Source of the DNA: Candidatus Nanohalobium constans
GTDB lineage: Archaea; Nanohalarchaeota; Nanosalinia; Nanosalinales; Nanosalinaceae
Direction: 5' to 3'
DNA length: 32,000 bases
NCBI RefSeq assembly: GCF_009617975.1
Contig: NZ_CP040089.1
Coordinates: forward strand, 1 to 32,000
Positions 1 through 9,168 of this stretch are shown piece by piece. Position numbers and translations under genes: made by a program. Position 1 is the first letter of the stretch; each line of letters starts with the position of its first letter. The notes below the pieces were generated by a model. That model saw only the letters and a list, made by a program, of their open reading frames with translations, did no database searches and had not been told where the DNA came from.

Positions 1-158
1 ATGAAATCAGGGGGTGGGGGTGGTGTTCACCTTGGCTTCACATGGAAGGGATTATAAACCTTGGTTTCAGTTGGAATAAACACGGGCGAGGGGTAAAGCA
101 AAATGAATATATCTTTCAGCACGGGTGCATCACTTTGAGTCAAAGCAATCTCAAATCA
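1..158. promoter_or_regulatory. Origin-proximal non-coding region with ORB-like (origin recognition box) elements upstream of orc1/cdc6
   Basis: Three elements are visible. 1-25 ATGAAATCAGGGGGTGGGGGTGGTG looks like the distal half plus G-string of an archaeal ORB cut by the window edge. 37-47 TTCACATGGAA is a mini-ORB-like dyad. 66-94 TTCAGTTGGAATAAACACGGGCGAGGGGT resembles, from memory, the Pyrococcus/Sulfolobus ORB TTCCAGTGGAAA-N-GGGGT. The region lies immediately 5-prime of orc1/cdc6. Confidence 0.4.
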
Positions 159-1349
159 ATGTTTTCTAACTACGTCGATAAGGAATCAGTTTTCAAAAAC
201 AAGGATGCACTTACCACTAACTATAAGCCCGACAATATTCTGCATAGGGAACAGCAGATTAATGATTTAGGTTCTATTCTTGCACCTAGCCTGAAAGGAA
301 ACGATCCTAGTAATGTGTTTCTATACGGCTCTGTAGGTACAGGTAAGACTCTTATCGTAAAGCATGTTAAAGGAGAATTAAAGACGGTTGCAAAGGATAA
401 GGATATCGACCTGAATGTTCTGTATATTAACTGTAAGATGAAGAAGGTAGCAGACACAGAGTACCGGCTTCTAGCTAAACTAGCTAGACAGCTGGGAGAG
501 GATGTGCCTTCTACTGGTCTACCAACGGATGAAATCTATAATAGATTTTTCGAGGCTCTCAAGGAACAGAAAGGCGTCGTAATAATTGCACTGGACGAGA
601 TCGATGCTTTAGTCAAGAAGGTGGGGGATGAGTTCCTTTACAACCTTACCAGGATCAATGATGACTTAGATGAAACTAAGGTCTCTATTCTAGGTATTTC
701 CAATGATCTTAACTTCACTGAATATATGGATTCCAGAGTTAAGTCTTCTCTGTCGGAGGAAGAGATTATCTTCCCTCCTTACAATGCTATTGAACTCAGA
801 GAAATTTTGAAGGAGAGGACTGATAAGGCCTTTGTCGACGATGCACTGAAGGATGGAGTGATTTCCAAGTGTTCTGCACTGGCCGCTCAGGAGCACGGCG
901 ATGCTAGAAGAGCTCTTGACCTTCTCAGGGTCGCAGGAGAATTAGCTGAAAGATCGGAAACAGATCTTATCGAGAAAGAGCATGTGGATAGAGCACAGGA
1001 TAAGATCGAGAGAGATCGAGTTGTTGAGACTGTAAGAAGCCAGCCAAAACACTCCAAACTAGTATTATACACTATCCTAGATATGACAGAAGATGAGGAT
1101 AAAATTGCGACAGGAGATGTCTATTCAGAATATAAAGATCTCTGTACAGAAGTTGATGTCTCTGAGCTTACTCAAAGAAGGGTTTCAGGATTAATCTCTG
1201 AATTGGACATGCTTGGTGTTATCAATGCAAAAGTGATTAGCAAAGGTCGTTACGGTCGTACTCGACAGATAAGTGTTGATTTGTCTGAGAGTATTCGTGG
1301 GCAACTTGAGAAGATGGTAGAGGATAATTTCTACCTTGAAGATGAGTGA
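159..1349 (+). CDS. cdc6: Orc1/Cdc6 replication initiator (AAA+ ATPase plus C-terminal winged helix)
   Basis: Walker A LYGSVGTGKT and Walker B IIALDEID are present, along with the N-terminal YKPDNILHREQQ motif typical of Orc1/Cdc6. The open frame extends to 42, but ATG 159 (MFSNYVDKESVF...) gives the canonical N-terminal length and leaves the ORB-like elements non-coding. Confidence 0.95.
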   Translation: MFSNYVDKESVFKNKDALTTNYKPDNILHREQQINDLGSILAPSLKGNDPSNVFLYGSVGTGKTLIVKHVKGELKTVAKDKDIDLNVLYINCKMKKVADTEYRLLAKLARQLGEDVPSTGLPTDEIYNRFFEALKEQKGVVIIALDEIDALVKKVGDEFLYNLTRINDDLDETKVSILGISNDLNFTEYMDSRVKSSLSEEEIIFPPYNAIELREILKERTDKAFVDDALKDGVISKCSALAAQEHGDARRALDLLRVAGELAERSETDLIEKEHVDRAQDKIERDRVVETVRSQPKHSKLVLYTILDMTEDEDKIATGDVYSEYKDLCTEVDVSELTQRRVSGLISELDMLGVINAKVISKGRYGRTRQISVDLSESIRGQLEKMVEDNFYLEDE

Positions 1350-1391
1350 AGATGATTTTAAGGTTTTTGCCTTTTGGGAGGGGCTTGTTGA

Positions 1392-3077
1392 ATGAATGAA
1401 GAAGCAGTTAAACAGCTAACGAAGCAAGGTTGCATGGTTGAGAAGGATGCAGCTGAAAGTATATCTAAAGAAGATGTCGAGTTGATCGAACAGCTTGATG
1501 TTACTCCTATGTTTGTTTCTCGCAAGATGGTGGAGAACTTAAGAGAAAAAATGGAGACCAGTGTTTCAACTGGAAATAACGGTGTTAAAACAGTTCAGAA
1601 ACAAAAAATGGCTGTGAAACAAGGGGAGGGCACAAGTACAACAGAGACAGAACCTGAAGAAATACAGGAACATGAAGAAACTGTCTCACAAGAAAAAGAT
1701 GCTGAAGAATCTCCAAATACACAAACATCTTCTGAAGAAACAACTGAACCTGCTCCAGAAACCTCCGAAGAAATGAGTAAGGATCTGGAAGAAGAGTTTG
1801 AAACCAAGTCCTCATACTTCGACAAGAACAAGACGGTAGAAATCAAGGACACAGGTTCTAGGGATGAAAAAGATACTAAAGTCGAGATCATGGATGAGAA
1901 ACAGATTACTCAGGAGGAAAAAGATGTACCTGAGTTCCTAGGATACTACAATGATCGCTACGACAAGATGAAGAAGCTGCTGACTCGCAGACAGGAGATG
2001 AAGTCAGCTACAACCATCAACCGGTTAGAGGGAAGAAGTGAGGGTGAGGAAGCCACCACTATCGGATTCGTCAACGACAAGTACTCGACTAACTCTGGCA
2101 AGTATATTGTTGAGCTCGAGGATAAGACCGGGACTTTCAAGGCGCTCGTGGATGAAAGGGAGGGCGACAGATTGGTTCCAGATGAGGTGATTGGTGTCTC
2201 AGGTAGCATGGGTGGCGACATAATCTATGCCAACTCTGTGATACGGCCAGACCTCCCGATACCACAGGGCACCAACTCAACACAAGACAAAGTACAGGCA
2301 GCATACATCTCAGATCTCCACATGGGAAGCCAGGACACACTCCACAAAAGGCTTGACCGATTCGGAGACTGGCTGTCAACCGAAGAAGCCAAACATATCG
2401 GCTATCTTGTGATGCCCGGAGACCTAGTAGAAGGCGTAGGAGTATATCCAGGACAGAAGGAAGAACTAGAGGTAGAAGATATCTACAAACAGTACCAACT
2501 TTTCGAGGAATGGTTCCAGAAGATTCCAGAAGATATACAGGTAATTGTCGGACCAGGAAACCACGAAATAACCCGGTTAGCGGAGCCACAGCCACGACTG
2601 CCGAAAAAAGTCTTCCCGGACATCGATGACTACAACAACTTCCACAGAGTCCAAAATCCGCAGATGGTCCGACTTCACGCGATCAGAAGTAAGGGTATCA
2701 AGAACCTGATGTACCACGGTTACAGCTTCGACGACCATGTCGACAAAATCCAAGACCTGAGAGAAAAAGCATACGAAGAACCTCACCATGTCATGATAGA
2801 CCTACTCAAGAGAAGACATCTCGCGCCTACCTACGGCGATAACATGCTGAGCCCTGAGATGGAAGACCAGTTGGTAATCGAGGAGCAGCCGGATGTTATG
2901 GTTTCAGGCCACTTCCACAGCCACGCCAACACCACATACAAAGGAGTCAATGTCATCAACTCCTCCACATTCCAGGCACAGACCGACTTCCAGAAAAGAA
3001 TGGGCCACGAACCAGACCCCGGAAAAGTAACAATAGTGGACTACAAAACCCGAAAAACACAGGTAAAGCAGTTCTAA
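1392..3077 (+). CDS. polD1: DNA polymerase D (Pol II) small subunit DP1
   Basis: Calcineurin-like phosphoesterase motifs DLHMGS, GNHE and GHFH lie in the C-terminal half, preceded by an OB-like segment. The N-terminal domain is followed by a long E/T/S-rich acidic linker. The gene sits directly upstream of DP2. Confidence 0.93.
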   Translation: MNEEAVKQLTKQGCMVEKDAAESISKEDVELIEQLDVTPMFVSRKMVENLREKMETSVSTGNNGVKTVQKQKMAVKQGEGTSTTETEPEEIQEHEETVSQEKDAEESPNTQTSSEETTEPAPETSEEMSKDLEEEFETKSSYFDKNKTVEIKDTGSRDEKDTKVEIMDEKQITQEEKDVPEFLGYYNDRYDKMKKLLTRRQEMKSATTINRLEGRSEGEEATTIGFVNDKYSTNSGKYIVELEDKTGTFKALVDEREGDRLVPDEVIGVSGSMGGDIIYANSVIRPDLPIPQGTNSTQDKVQAAYISDLHMGSQDTLHKRLDRFGDWLSTEEAKHIGYLVMPGDLVEGVGVYPGQKEELEVEDIYKQYQLFEEWFQKIPEDIQVIVGPGNHEITRLAEPQPRLPKKVFPDIDDYNNFHRVQNPQMVRLHAIRSKGIKNLMYHGYSFDDHVDKIQDLREKAYEEPHHVMIDLLKRRHLAPTYGDNMLSPEMEDQLVIEEQPDVMVSGHFHSHANTTYKGVNVINSSTFQAQTDFQKRMGHEPDPGKVTIVDYKTRKTQVKQF

Positions 3078-3139
3078 GCCGCAGTTTCGCGACGAGAACA
3101 GAGCATTCAGAGAAAGCACCACAAGAGGCAAGAAAAACA

Positions 3140-6100
3140 ATGAAAGTAGAAAAATACTTTGAAAGAATCTCAGACGAGACAGATAAAGCCTATGAACTAG
3201 CTGAGAAAGCAAGAGAACAATCCAAGGATCCAGAGAGAAAGATTGATATCCCGGTTGCTACTGACCTCCCTGAGAAGGCTTCCAGCCTGGTTATAGCAGC
3301 TATGTTCGAAGAACTGGAGGATCAAGGTGTTCCTGAGAGAATCAGAGAACTTGAAGATGAGTACGGCAAGAACGATGAGAGAGTTGCCTTCCAGATCGCC
3401 CGTGAGATAGCTGAAGGAGATTTCTACGAGTTCGAAGATGTTGAGAGAGCCTGTGATGCAGGCATCAGGGTAGGAGCATCCTACATGACTGGAGGGATAA
3501 CTACAGCTCCTCTAGAAGGAATTGCAGATGTCAAGGTCAGAACCAACGATGATGGCTCTGAATACTTGGCAATGTATTATGCAGGACCTATCCGCTCGGC
3601 AGGAGGGACAGCCTCCGCAATGTCAGTGCTTCTAGCAGACTATGTAAGGATAGGAGTAGGTCTGGACAGGTTCAAGCCTTCTGACACAGTTGTCAAAAGA
3701 TATGCTACAGAGGTTGAGGATTACTACAACCGTGTCACAGCCAAACAATACAATCCTACTCGTGAGGAAACGAAGAAGATTGCGGAGAATGTCCCTGTAG
3801 AGGTCACAGGATCAGCTACGGAAGATTTAGATGTCTCAAACTATAAGGACCTCGACAGAGTAGAAACTAATGCTATCAGAGGCGGTATGTGCCTCGTCTA
3901 CCTTGATGGCCTGCCATTGAAGGCGTCAAAGATTGAGAAAAGAATCGAGAAATGGGGAGAAGACTTCGGATTAGAGCACTGGGACTGGGTTGAGGAATAC
4001 CTCAAACTACAGAAAGAAATACACAGCTCAGGAGACGATGACGACGATGAAGATGAGGAAAAAGAGAAAAAACCAGGTTACACTCCAAGCGACAAATACC
4101 TAGGATCTCTAACTGCTGGAAGGCCTATATTCGCCCATCCCGGAAAAAAAGGAGGTTTCCGACTGAGATACGGCCACTCAAGAACGAATGGATTAGCGGC
4201 TAACTCATTTCATCCTGCCACTATGGAGATTACAGAGCGTTTCATGGCCATAGGCACGCAGATGAAGATAGAGTATCCTGGAAAAGCAACGGTGGCAACG
4301 CCATGCGACAGCATTCATCCTCCTGTTGTCAGATTGGAAAACGGTGATGTGATCAAGGTAGAGACACGGGAAAAAGCCCGAGAACTAGAAAATGATATTG
4401 AAGAAATACTCTTCCTCGGCGACATGCTTGTAACTTATGGTGAATTCGTTGAAAACGGTAAAAAGCTGCTGCCATCGCCTTATGTAGAAGAATGGTGGGA
4501 AAAAGAACTGGAAAAAGAGCTTGAAGAACAGGATGTCAAGCTTGGCAAAGACTTCAGCGATAGAGAACCCACACCAAAAGAAGCATTCAAGATAAGCGAT
4601 GTACTTGGTATTCCGCTCCATCCAAGATGGCAATACCACTGGGACGAAACCAGTTCAGAAAAATTCCAGGCACTATATGAGGAAATCAATGATGGAGAGA
4701 TTCGAAGCCAGGAAGCAAAGAAATGTCTTGAGGACATACTAGTACAGCACAAGACCGGAGAAGACAAAATAAATGTTCCTGAAGACGACCTGAAAGTTCT
4801 GAAAAAACTTCTTGTAATGGAAGAAAGCCATACAGATAAGATTGAACAGCTAGAAAATGGAAATGAGATCCATAATTTTGTTCAGGAAATCTCAGGATAC
4901 GAGCTAAGAGATCAAGCACCTCATTATCTTGGTGCTAGGATGGGCCGACCGGAGAAAGCGGAGAGAAGAACTTTGAACGGAAAGCCTCAGCTGCTATTCC
5001 CTTGCGGAAAGCAGGAAGGCGGCAGGATGAGAAATCTTACAGCATCCTACAACTATGGAAGTGTCCAGGAAAATATTGTGGTTAACAAGGATCAGGAAAC
5101 AGGAGAGAAAACCTACTTTGCCTACAATCCTGATACAGGAAATCCTGCAGAACCTGTCTGGTACTGCACAGAATGTAGGGAGGAGTATGTGGAAGAGTCG
5201 GAGAGCTGCGATAGCTGCGGCAACGAAAGATTCCAGAGACACAAAAATGAGAATATAGACATCGAGAACCTGATGGACAACGCATTAGAGAACCTAGACA
5301 TGCCCAAGCCACCTGAACTACTGAAATCCTTCCGTGGAATGACCTCGGAACACAAACATGTAGAACCGATCGAAAAAGGCTTACTCAGAGAGAAACACGA
5401 CCTCTATGTTAACAAGGACGCAACAGTAAGATATGATGCATCAGACATCCCAATGACACACTTCAAACCAGAAGAAATCAGCGTCTCAGTCGAAAAACTC
5501 AACGAGATAGGCTATACTGAAGATCACAACGGAGAACCACTGGAAAGAAAAGACCAGGTAGTAGAGCTTAAGCCACAGGATATAATCATACCTGACAGCG
5601 ACAAAACACTCTCCGCAGCAGAATACATGATGAGAGTCTGCAACTTCACAGACGAACTACTAACAGAATTCTACGAAGTCGACCCATTCTACCAAGTAGA
5701 AGAAAAAGAAGACCTCGTAGGAGAACTAGTAATCGGACTAGCACCACACACCAGTGGAGGAACAGTAGGACGCATAATAGGCTTTACAGACGCCAAAGGA
5801 ATCTACGCACACCCATACTGGCACGCAGCGAAAAGAAGGAACGCGGATGGAGATGAGGACGCCATTCTGATGATGATGGATGGCTTACTGAATTTCTCAC
5901 GACAGTTCCTCCCGGACATGACAGGTGCAAGGACCATGGATGCGCCGTTAATTCTCTCTACTGTTTTGAATCCTGATGAGGTGGATGATGAGGCTTGGGC
6001 GGTTGAGACTGTTTCTGAGTATCCTTTGAGTTTTTATGAGGAGAGTTTGGAGTATAAGAAGCCGTGGAATTTGGATACTGATATTGAGATTGGTGAGGAT

Positions 6101-6625
6101 GTTGTTCATAGTGATGAGCCGTTTAAGCATGGTTTTACTCATGGTTGTACGGATGTTGAGGATGGTCCAAGCCAGTCTGAGTATGTTACATTGGATTCGA
6201 TGAGTGATAAGACTTCAGCACAGTTGGGTCTTGGTGAGAAGACCAAGGCTGCCGATGAGGATGCTACCGCCGAACTTCTCCTTCAGAAGCACTTCCTGCC
6301 AGATATCAGAGGTAACCTAAGAAGTTTCTCCAGCCAGGAGATGCGTTGTGTGGACTGTAACACCAAGTTCAGGCGTGTACCCTTGACAAATCAGACTATT
6401 GCGCCTTCTGGGAAGACTACTGCGCAGTGCCCTGAATGTGATGGAAAGGTTCTCCTGACAATTTCTTATGGTACGATTAAGAAGTATATGCAGCCGTCTA
6501 AGGATATAATTGATGAGTATGAGATCACTCCGTACCTCAGGCAGCAGGTAACAATGTTGAATGGTACGCTCCAGAGCTTGTTTGGGAAGGATGAAAGGCA
6601 GAGTGGTCTAGGACAGTTTACTTAG
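3140..6625 (+). CDS. polD2: DNA polymerase D (Pol II) large catalytic subunit DP2
   Basis: The product is 1161 aa. It carries the two-barrel catalytic acidic motif KRRNADGDEDA and zinc modules CTECREEYVEESESCDSCG and CVDCNTKF...CPECDG. No intein-like insertion is seen. Confidence 0.95.
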   Translation: MKVEKYFERISDETDKAYELAEKAREQSKDPERKIDIPVATDLPEKASSLVIAAMFEELEDQGVPERIRELEDEYGKNDERVAFQIAREIAEGDFYEFEDVERACDAGIRVGASYMTGGITTAPLEGIADVKVRTNDDGSEYLAMYYAGPIRSAGGTASAMSVLLADYVRIGVGLDRFKPSDTVVKRYATEVEDYYNRVTAKQYNPTREETKKIAENVPVEVTGSATEDLDVSNYKDLDRVETNAIRGGMCLVYLDGLPLKASKIEKRIEKWGEDFGLEHWDWVEEYLKLQKEIHSSGDDDDDEDEEKEKKPGYTPSDKYLGSLTAGRPIFAHPGKKGGFRLRYGHSRTNGLAANSFHPATMEITERFMAIGTQMKIEYPGKATVATPCDSIHPPVVRLENGDVIKVETREKARELENDIEEILFLGDMLVTYGEFVENGKKLLPSPYVEEWWEKELEKELEEQDVKLGKDFSDREPTPKEAFKISDVLGIPLHPRWQYHWDETSSEKFQALYEEINDGEIRSQEAKKCLEDILVQHKTGEDKINVPEDDLKVLKKLLVMEESHTDKIEQLENGNEIHNFVQEISGYELRDQAPHYLGARMGRPEKAERRTLNGKPQLLFPCGKQEGGRMRNLTASYNYGSVQENIVVNKDQETGEKTYFAYNPDTGNPAEPVWYCTECREEYVEESESCDSCGNERFQRHKNENIDIENLMDNALENLDMPKPPELLKSFRGMTSEHKHVEPIEKGLLREKHDLYVNKDATVRYDASDIPMTHFKPEEISVSVEKLNEIGYTEDHNGEPLERKDQVVELKPQDIIIPDSDKTLSAAEYMMRVCNFTDELLTEFYEVDPFYQVEEKEDLVGELVIGLAPHTSGGTVGRIIGFTDAKGIYAHPYWHAAKRRNADGDEDAILMMMDGLLNFSRQFLPDMTGARTMDAPLILSTVLNPDEVDDEAWAVETVSEYPLSFYEESLEYKKPWNLDTDIEIGEDVVHSDEPFKHGFTHGCTDVEDGPSQSEYVTLDSMSDKTSAQLGLGEKTKAADEDATAELLLQKHFLPDIRGNLRSFSSQEMRCVDCNTKFRRVPLTNQTIAPSGKTTAQCPECDGKVLLTISYGTIKKYMQPSKDIIDEYEITPYLRQQVTMLNGTLQSLFGKDERQSGLGQFT

Positions 6626-6684
6626 TTTTTCTGAGGTTTCTTGGTGCACAGGATTTTTAGTCGTGTGAGGTTAATTATTGTGTT

Positions 6685-7215
6685 ATGACAAATGAAGTTG
6701 AGATTTCGGACGTGATGACTGAGGGCGTTATTGCCGTTGAACAAGATAAATCTGTTGTTGAGGCAGCTCAGCTCCTTGAAGAGGAAGAGATCAGGGGTTT
6801 GGTGGTTGTCGATAATGGTGAGGCTGTTGGGATTGTTGTTTGTCGTGATATTGTTTACCAGCTTGTATCGGAAGGGAAGGATCCTTCTGGTCATCAGGTG
6901 AAGGATATTATGAGCAGTGATCTTATTGTCGCTGAGGAGGATGAAGTCCTTAATGATGTGGCGATGGCGATGGTCAGGAACAATGTCTCCCGTGTACCGG
7001 TTGTCAGGGGCGACATGCTTGTCGGCATATTGACTCAGAGTGATATCCTAAGAGCTTGGCCTGGATTTGCCGAGGTTATCGGTGAGGAAAGGGAGATGGA
7101 TGCTCCTGCCACACCTAATCCGGAGTCACAGGATGGTTACTGTGAGAGCTGTGAGAACTACAGTGAGGAGCTGGAGAACATCAATGGTATGATGGTATGC
7201 CCTGAGTGCAAGTAA
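6685..7215 (+). CDS. CBS-domain pair protein with C-terminal zinc ribbon
   Basis: Two CBS-like repeats are present (VMTEGVIAVEQD...GLVVVDNGEAVGIV and IMSSDLIVAEED...VSRVPVVRGDMLVGILT). The C-terminus is CESCEN-x17-CPEC. Confidence 0.85.
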   Translation: MTNEVEISDVMTEGVIAVEQDKSVVEAAQLLEEEEIRGLVVVDNGEAVGIVVCRDIVYQLVSEGKDPSGHQVKDIMSSDLIVAEEDEVLNDVAMAMVRNNVSRVPVVRGDMLVGILTQSDILRAWPGFAEVIGEEREMDAPATPNPESQDGYCESCENYSEELENINGMMVCPECK

Positions 7216-7216
7216 A

Positions 7217-7261
7217 TTTTTTCTATTCTCTTCTTTGAGCTTTTTTCTCCTAGGGTTTTTT
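7217..7261 (+). terminator. Three T6 tracts, a candidate archaeal oligo-T terminator after the CBS gene
   Basis: T6 runs occur at 7217-7222, 7241-7246 and 7256-7261, immediately after the stop at 7215. Confidence 0.4.
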
Positions 7262-7296
7262 AGCCGAGCCAACCTAATTTTTCTCTGAGTCGTTGT

Positions 7297-7752
7297 ATGA
7301 ATATTGTTGAGGAAGTTGATCGGCGCCGCCAAACCTTGAAGATCCGGGATCCGAGCAGAGCCTATGCTGAGTTAAAAGATCTTCTTGAGAACAGAATTGC
7401 TCTTGACGGCGCACATGAGGAGAAATACTTTAACGACCTGGAGAAGAACCAGATCAGAGCCAGAATCAACTGTGAGGAAGGTTTTGATGCCCATACAGCG
7501 GCTAAGTATGAGATTTATCTTACTATTGATGAGAAGAAGTCGGAGCTGGATATGCAGGTTAAAGCAAAGCTCGTAACAGAATATCCTACTGAAAAGGCAT
7601 GGCAGGGCACTCTCTGGTACTATGCCTACCGCTCACTATTCGACAAGTTCTTGTACGGTAGCGTCCGGCATGGTTTTGAGCATGCTGCTGAGGAAAAGCT
7701 TGATACTATAATGGAGAGGGTGCGTGAAACCCTGGAGACTAGCAGCTTATGA
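7297..7752 (+). CDS. Hypothetical protein, paralog 1 of a three-member tandem family
   Basis: The 151-aa acidic ORF has no signal peptide. It shares DPSRAYAELKDLL with paralog 2 (DPARIYRGLKDLL) and has a long C-terminal helix FDKFLYGSVRHGFEHAAEEKLDTIMERVRE. Confidence 0.75.
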   Translation: MNIVEEVDRRRQTLKIRDPSRAYAELKDLLENRIALDGAHEEKYFNDLEKNQIRARINCEEGFDAHTAAKYEIYLTIDEKKSELDMQVKAKLVTEYPTEKAWQGTLWYYAYRSLFDKFLYGSVRHGFEHAAEEKLDTIMERVRETLETSSL

Positions 7753-7789
7753 ATTATAAGCTGGTTTGTAGAAAATCGAGGCGATTTTC
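7743..7789 (+). promoter_or_regulatory. Two consecutive perfect hairpins filling the paralog1-paralog2 spacer
   Basis: CAGCTTAT-gaatt-ATAAGCTG (7743-7763) spans the paralog 1 stop codon. GAAAATCG-agg-CGATTTTC (7771-7789) ends 2 nt before the paralog 2 ATG. Confidence 0.4.
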
Positions 7790-7791
7790 GA

Positions 7792-8415
7792 ATGGTTAAG
7801 TTCGATCATGATGCTTTCAGTAAGCAGGACCACTTTTTTGTCAAGGATGATCCTGCTAGGATCTACAGAGGTTTGAAGGATCTCCTGGTTGAAGAGTTTG
7901 ATATGGATAGGATTGAAGAAGGAAAGTCCGAGTTCTCTGTTTCTAGCCCGAAGGACAAGATCCGTATGCATGCGTTTAAGGAGAAGTCTCCGCACACTGT
8001 TATTCATTATAATCTGCAGTTTCGTGTTAAGAGTCCTAAGAATATTTACAAGATGGAGCATGGTCAGGATATTTTGAAGGCGCGTGTATCAACATATGCT
8101 GAAGTGGTGTCTGTCTATCCGGGCGGAGAGGATATCGCCTGGCTTCCTAAAGGTCTTAGAGAAGAACCAACTTCTAACTGGGGTAGCATAACCGGTTTGG
8201 AGGCGGAGCACAAGTCTCGTTTCCAGCGCTCAAAGCTGTATGAGATAATCGTAGGCTTGTGGCACAACAAGTTTTATTCTAAGGAGTTCCATATGTATGA
8301 AGAGGAGGCTAAAGAGACCTGTCTTCACATCCATGATTTGATGAGGGAGAAGTTCGGTGTCGAAAAATCTATCGGAAGAACAGGCGCAGGTCACTACACG
8401 CCGCCATGGCAGTGA
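7792..8415 (+). CDS. Hypothetical protein, paralog 2 of the tandem family
   Basis: This is a 207-aa ORF. Shared motifs with paralog 1 are DPARIYRGLKDLL, VVSVYPGG versus LVTEYP, and the C-terminal helix WHNKFYSKEFHMYEEEAKETCLHIHDLMREKF. Confidence 0.75.
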   Translation: MVKFDHDAFSKQDHFFVKDDPARIYRGLKDLLVEEFDMDRIEEGKSEFSVSSPKDKIRMHAFKEKSPHTVIHYNLQFRVKSPKNIYKMEHGQDILKARVSTYAEVVSVYPGGEDIAWLPKGLREEPTSNWGSITGLEAEHKSRFQRSKLYEIIVGLWHNKFYSKEFHMYEEEAKETCLHIHDLMREKFGVEKSIGRTGAGHYTPPWQ

Positions 8416-8423
8416 TTTAAACA

Positions 8424-9137
8424 ATGTCAGACTCAGGTAAAGATAATAATGTTGGCTGGTTTTCTCGAAATATTCTTCCCTGGCTTCATACTCCGGACAC
8501 CTACAAGGTTGAGGGCAAAAATTTTGATGAAGAGGAAGCCTTTGAGAAAGGAGACAATGTGTGGCATGACTTCCACCTGTTCCATGGTGACTGGGTTGAG
8601 GTCGTGAATAAGAAGGAGTGGTATGATTCCCCGCATGTTCCACAGATATACGCGAACCATAAGAAGATTTTGAAACAGAACATGCAGTTAAACCGACCGT
8701 TCGAAGAATGGTATGCTGAAAAGATCGATAACGGCGATTTTGAGTCCCATATGTATGTTAATGGTGATGGTTTGCCGAGCGGCAACGGAGATTACAGAAT
8801 TTACATAGAAATAGACAGTGTCGGCGCTCCTTCCGGAGAGAACGATGCCTGCACAGTCGAATACTTCGTAAAAGGAAAACTCAAGTATGATAAAATTCCG
8901 GGAGGCATCGACTTCCTACCGCGTTTCATCGCCTACCCCTTAAACCGGTTTTTCAAATGGGCATACCTGGAAATGCTGGCAGAAGAACAAATCGAATACG
9001 ACGGAGAATACGTCAGAGAAAAAGTAAACGAATACTTCCAATACCTCAGAAAATACCACGGCGAAGAACCCCTACAAACCAAAAGCCGCCAAGCAGTATT
9101 CAAACCAGCAGTCGAAGACGGAGTCTTCTTCCAATAA
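8424..9137 (+). CDS. Hypothetical protein, probable distant paralog 3 of the tandem family
   Basis: This is a 237-aa ORF. It has the weaker motifs PQIYANHKKILKQ, KIPGG, and the C-terminal helix FFKWAYLEMLAEEQIEYDGEYVREKVNEYFQYLRKY in the same order as paralogs 1 and 2. The gap to paralog 2 is 8 nt. Confidence 0.7.
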   Translation: MSDSGKDNNVGWFSRNILPWLHTPDTYKVEGKNFDEEEAFEKGDNVWHDFHLFHGDWVEVVNKKEWYDSPHVPQIYANHKKILKQNMQLNRPFEEWYAEKIDNGDFESHMYVNGDGLPSGNGDYRIYIEIDSVGAPSGENDACTVEYFVKGKLKYDKIPGGIDFLPRFIAYPLNRFFKWAYLEMLAEEQIEYDGEYVREKVNEYFQYLRKYHGEEPLQTKSRQAVFKPAVEDGVFFQ

Positions 9138-9168
9138 AGTTATAACCTAACAAAGGATATAACATATC

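Noticed and set aside
42-158. N-terminal extension of orc1/cdc6 from the longest-ORF start at 42
   Set aside because: The extension (MEGIINLGFSWNKHGRGVKQ...) is not Orc1-like and overlaps the ORB-like boxes. ATG 159 gives the canonical distance to the YKPD..HRE motif.
2137-2595. 152-aa minus-strand ORF inside polD1, and similar antisense ORFs within polD2 (4385-5355)
   Set aside because: They are antisense to genes with clear catalytic motifs and have non-acidic, Cys/Leu/Arg-rich translations.
3140-6625. Intein or mobile insertion in DP2 (also checked in radA and orc1)
   Set aside because: The protein lengths are at or below typical sizes. No Cys/Ser...His-Asn splice junction blocks or endonuclease motifs were seen.
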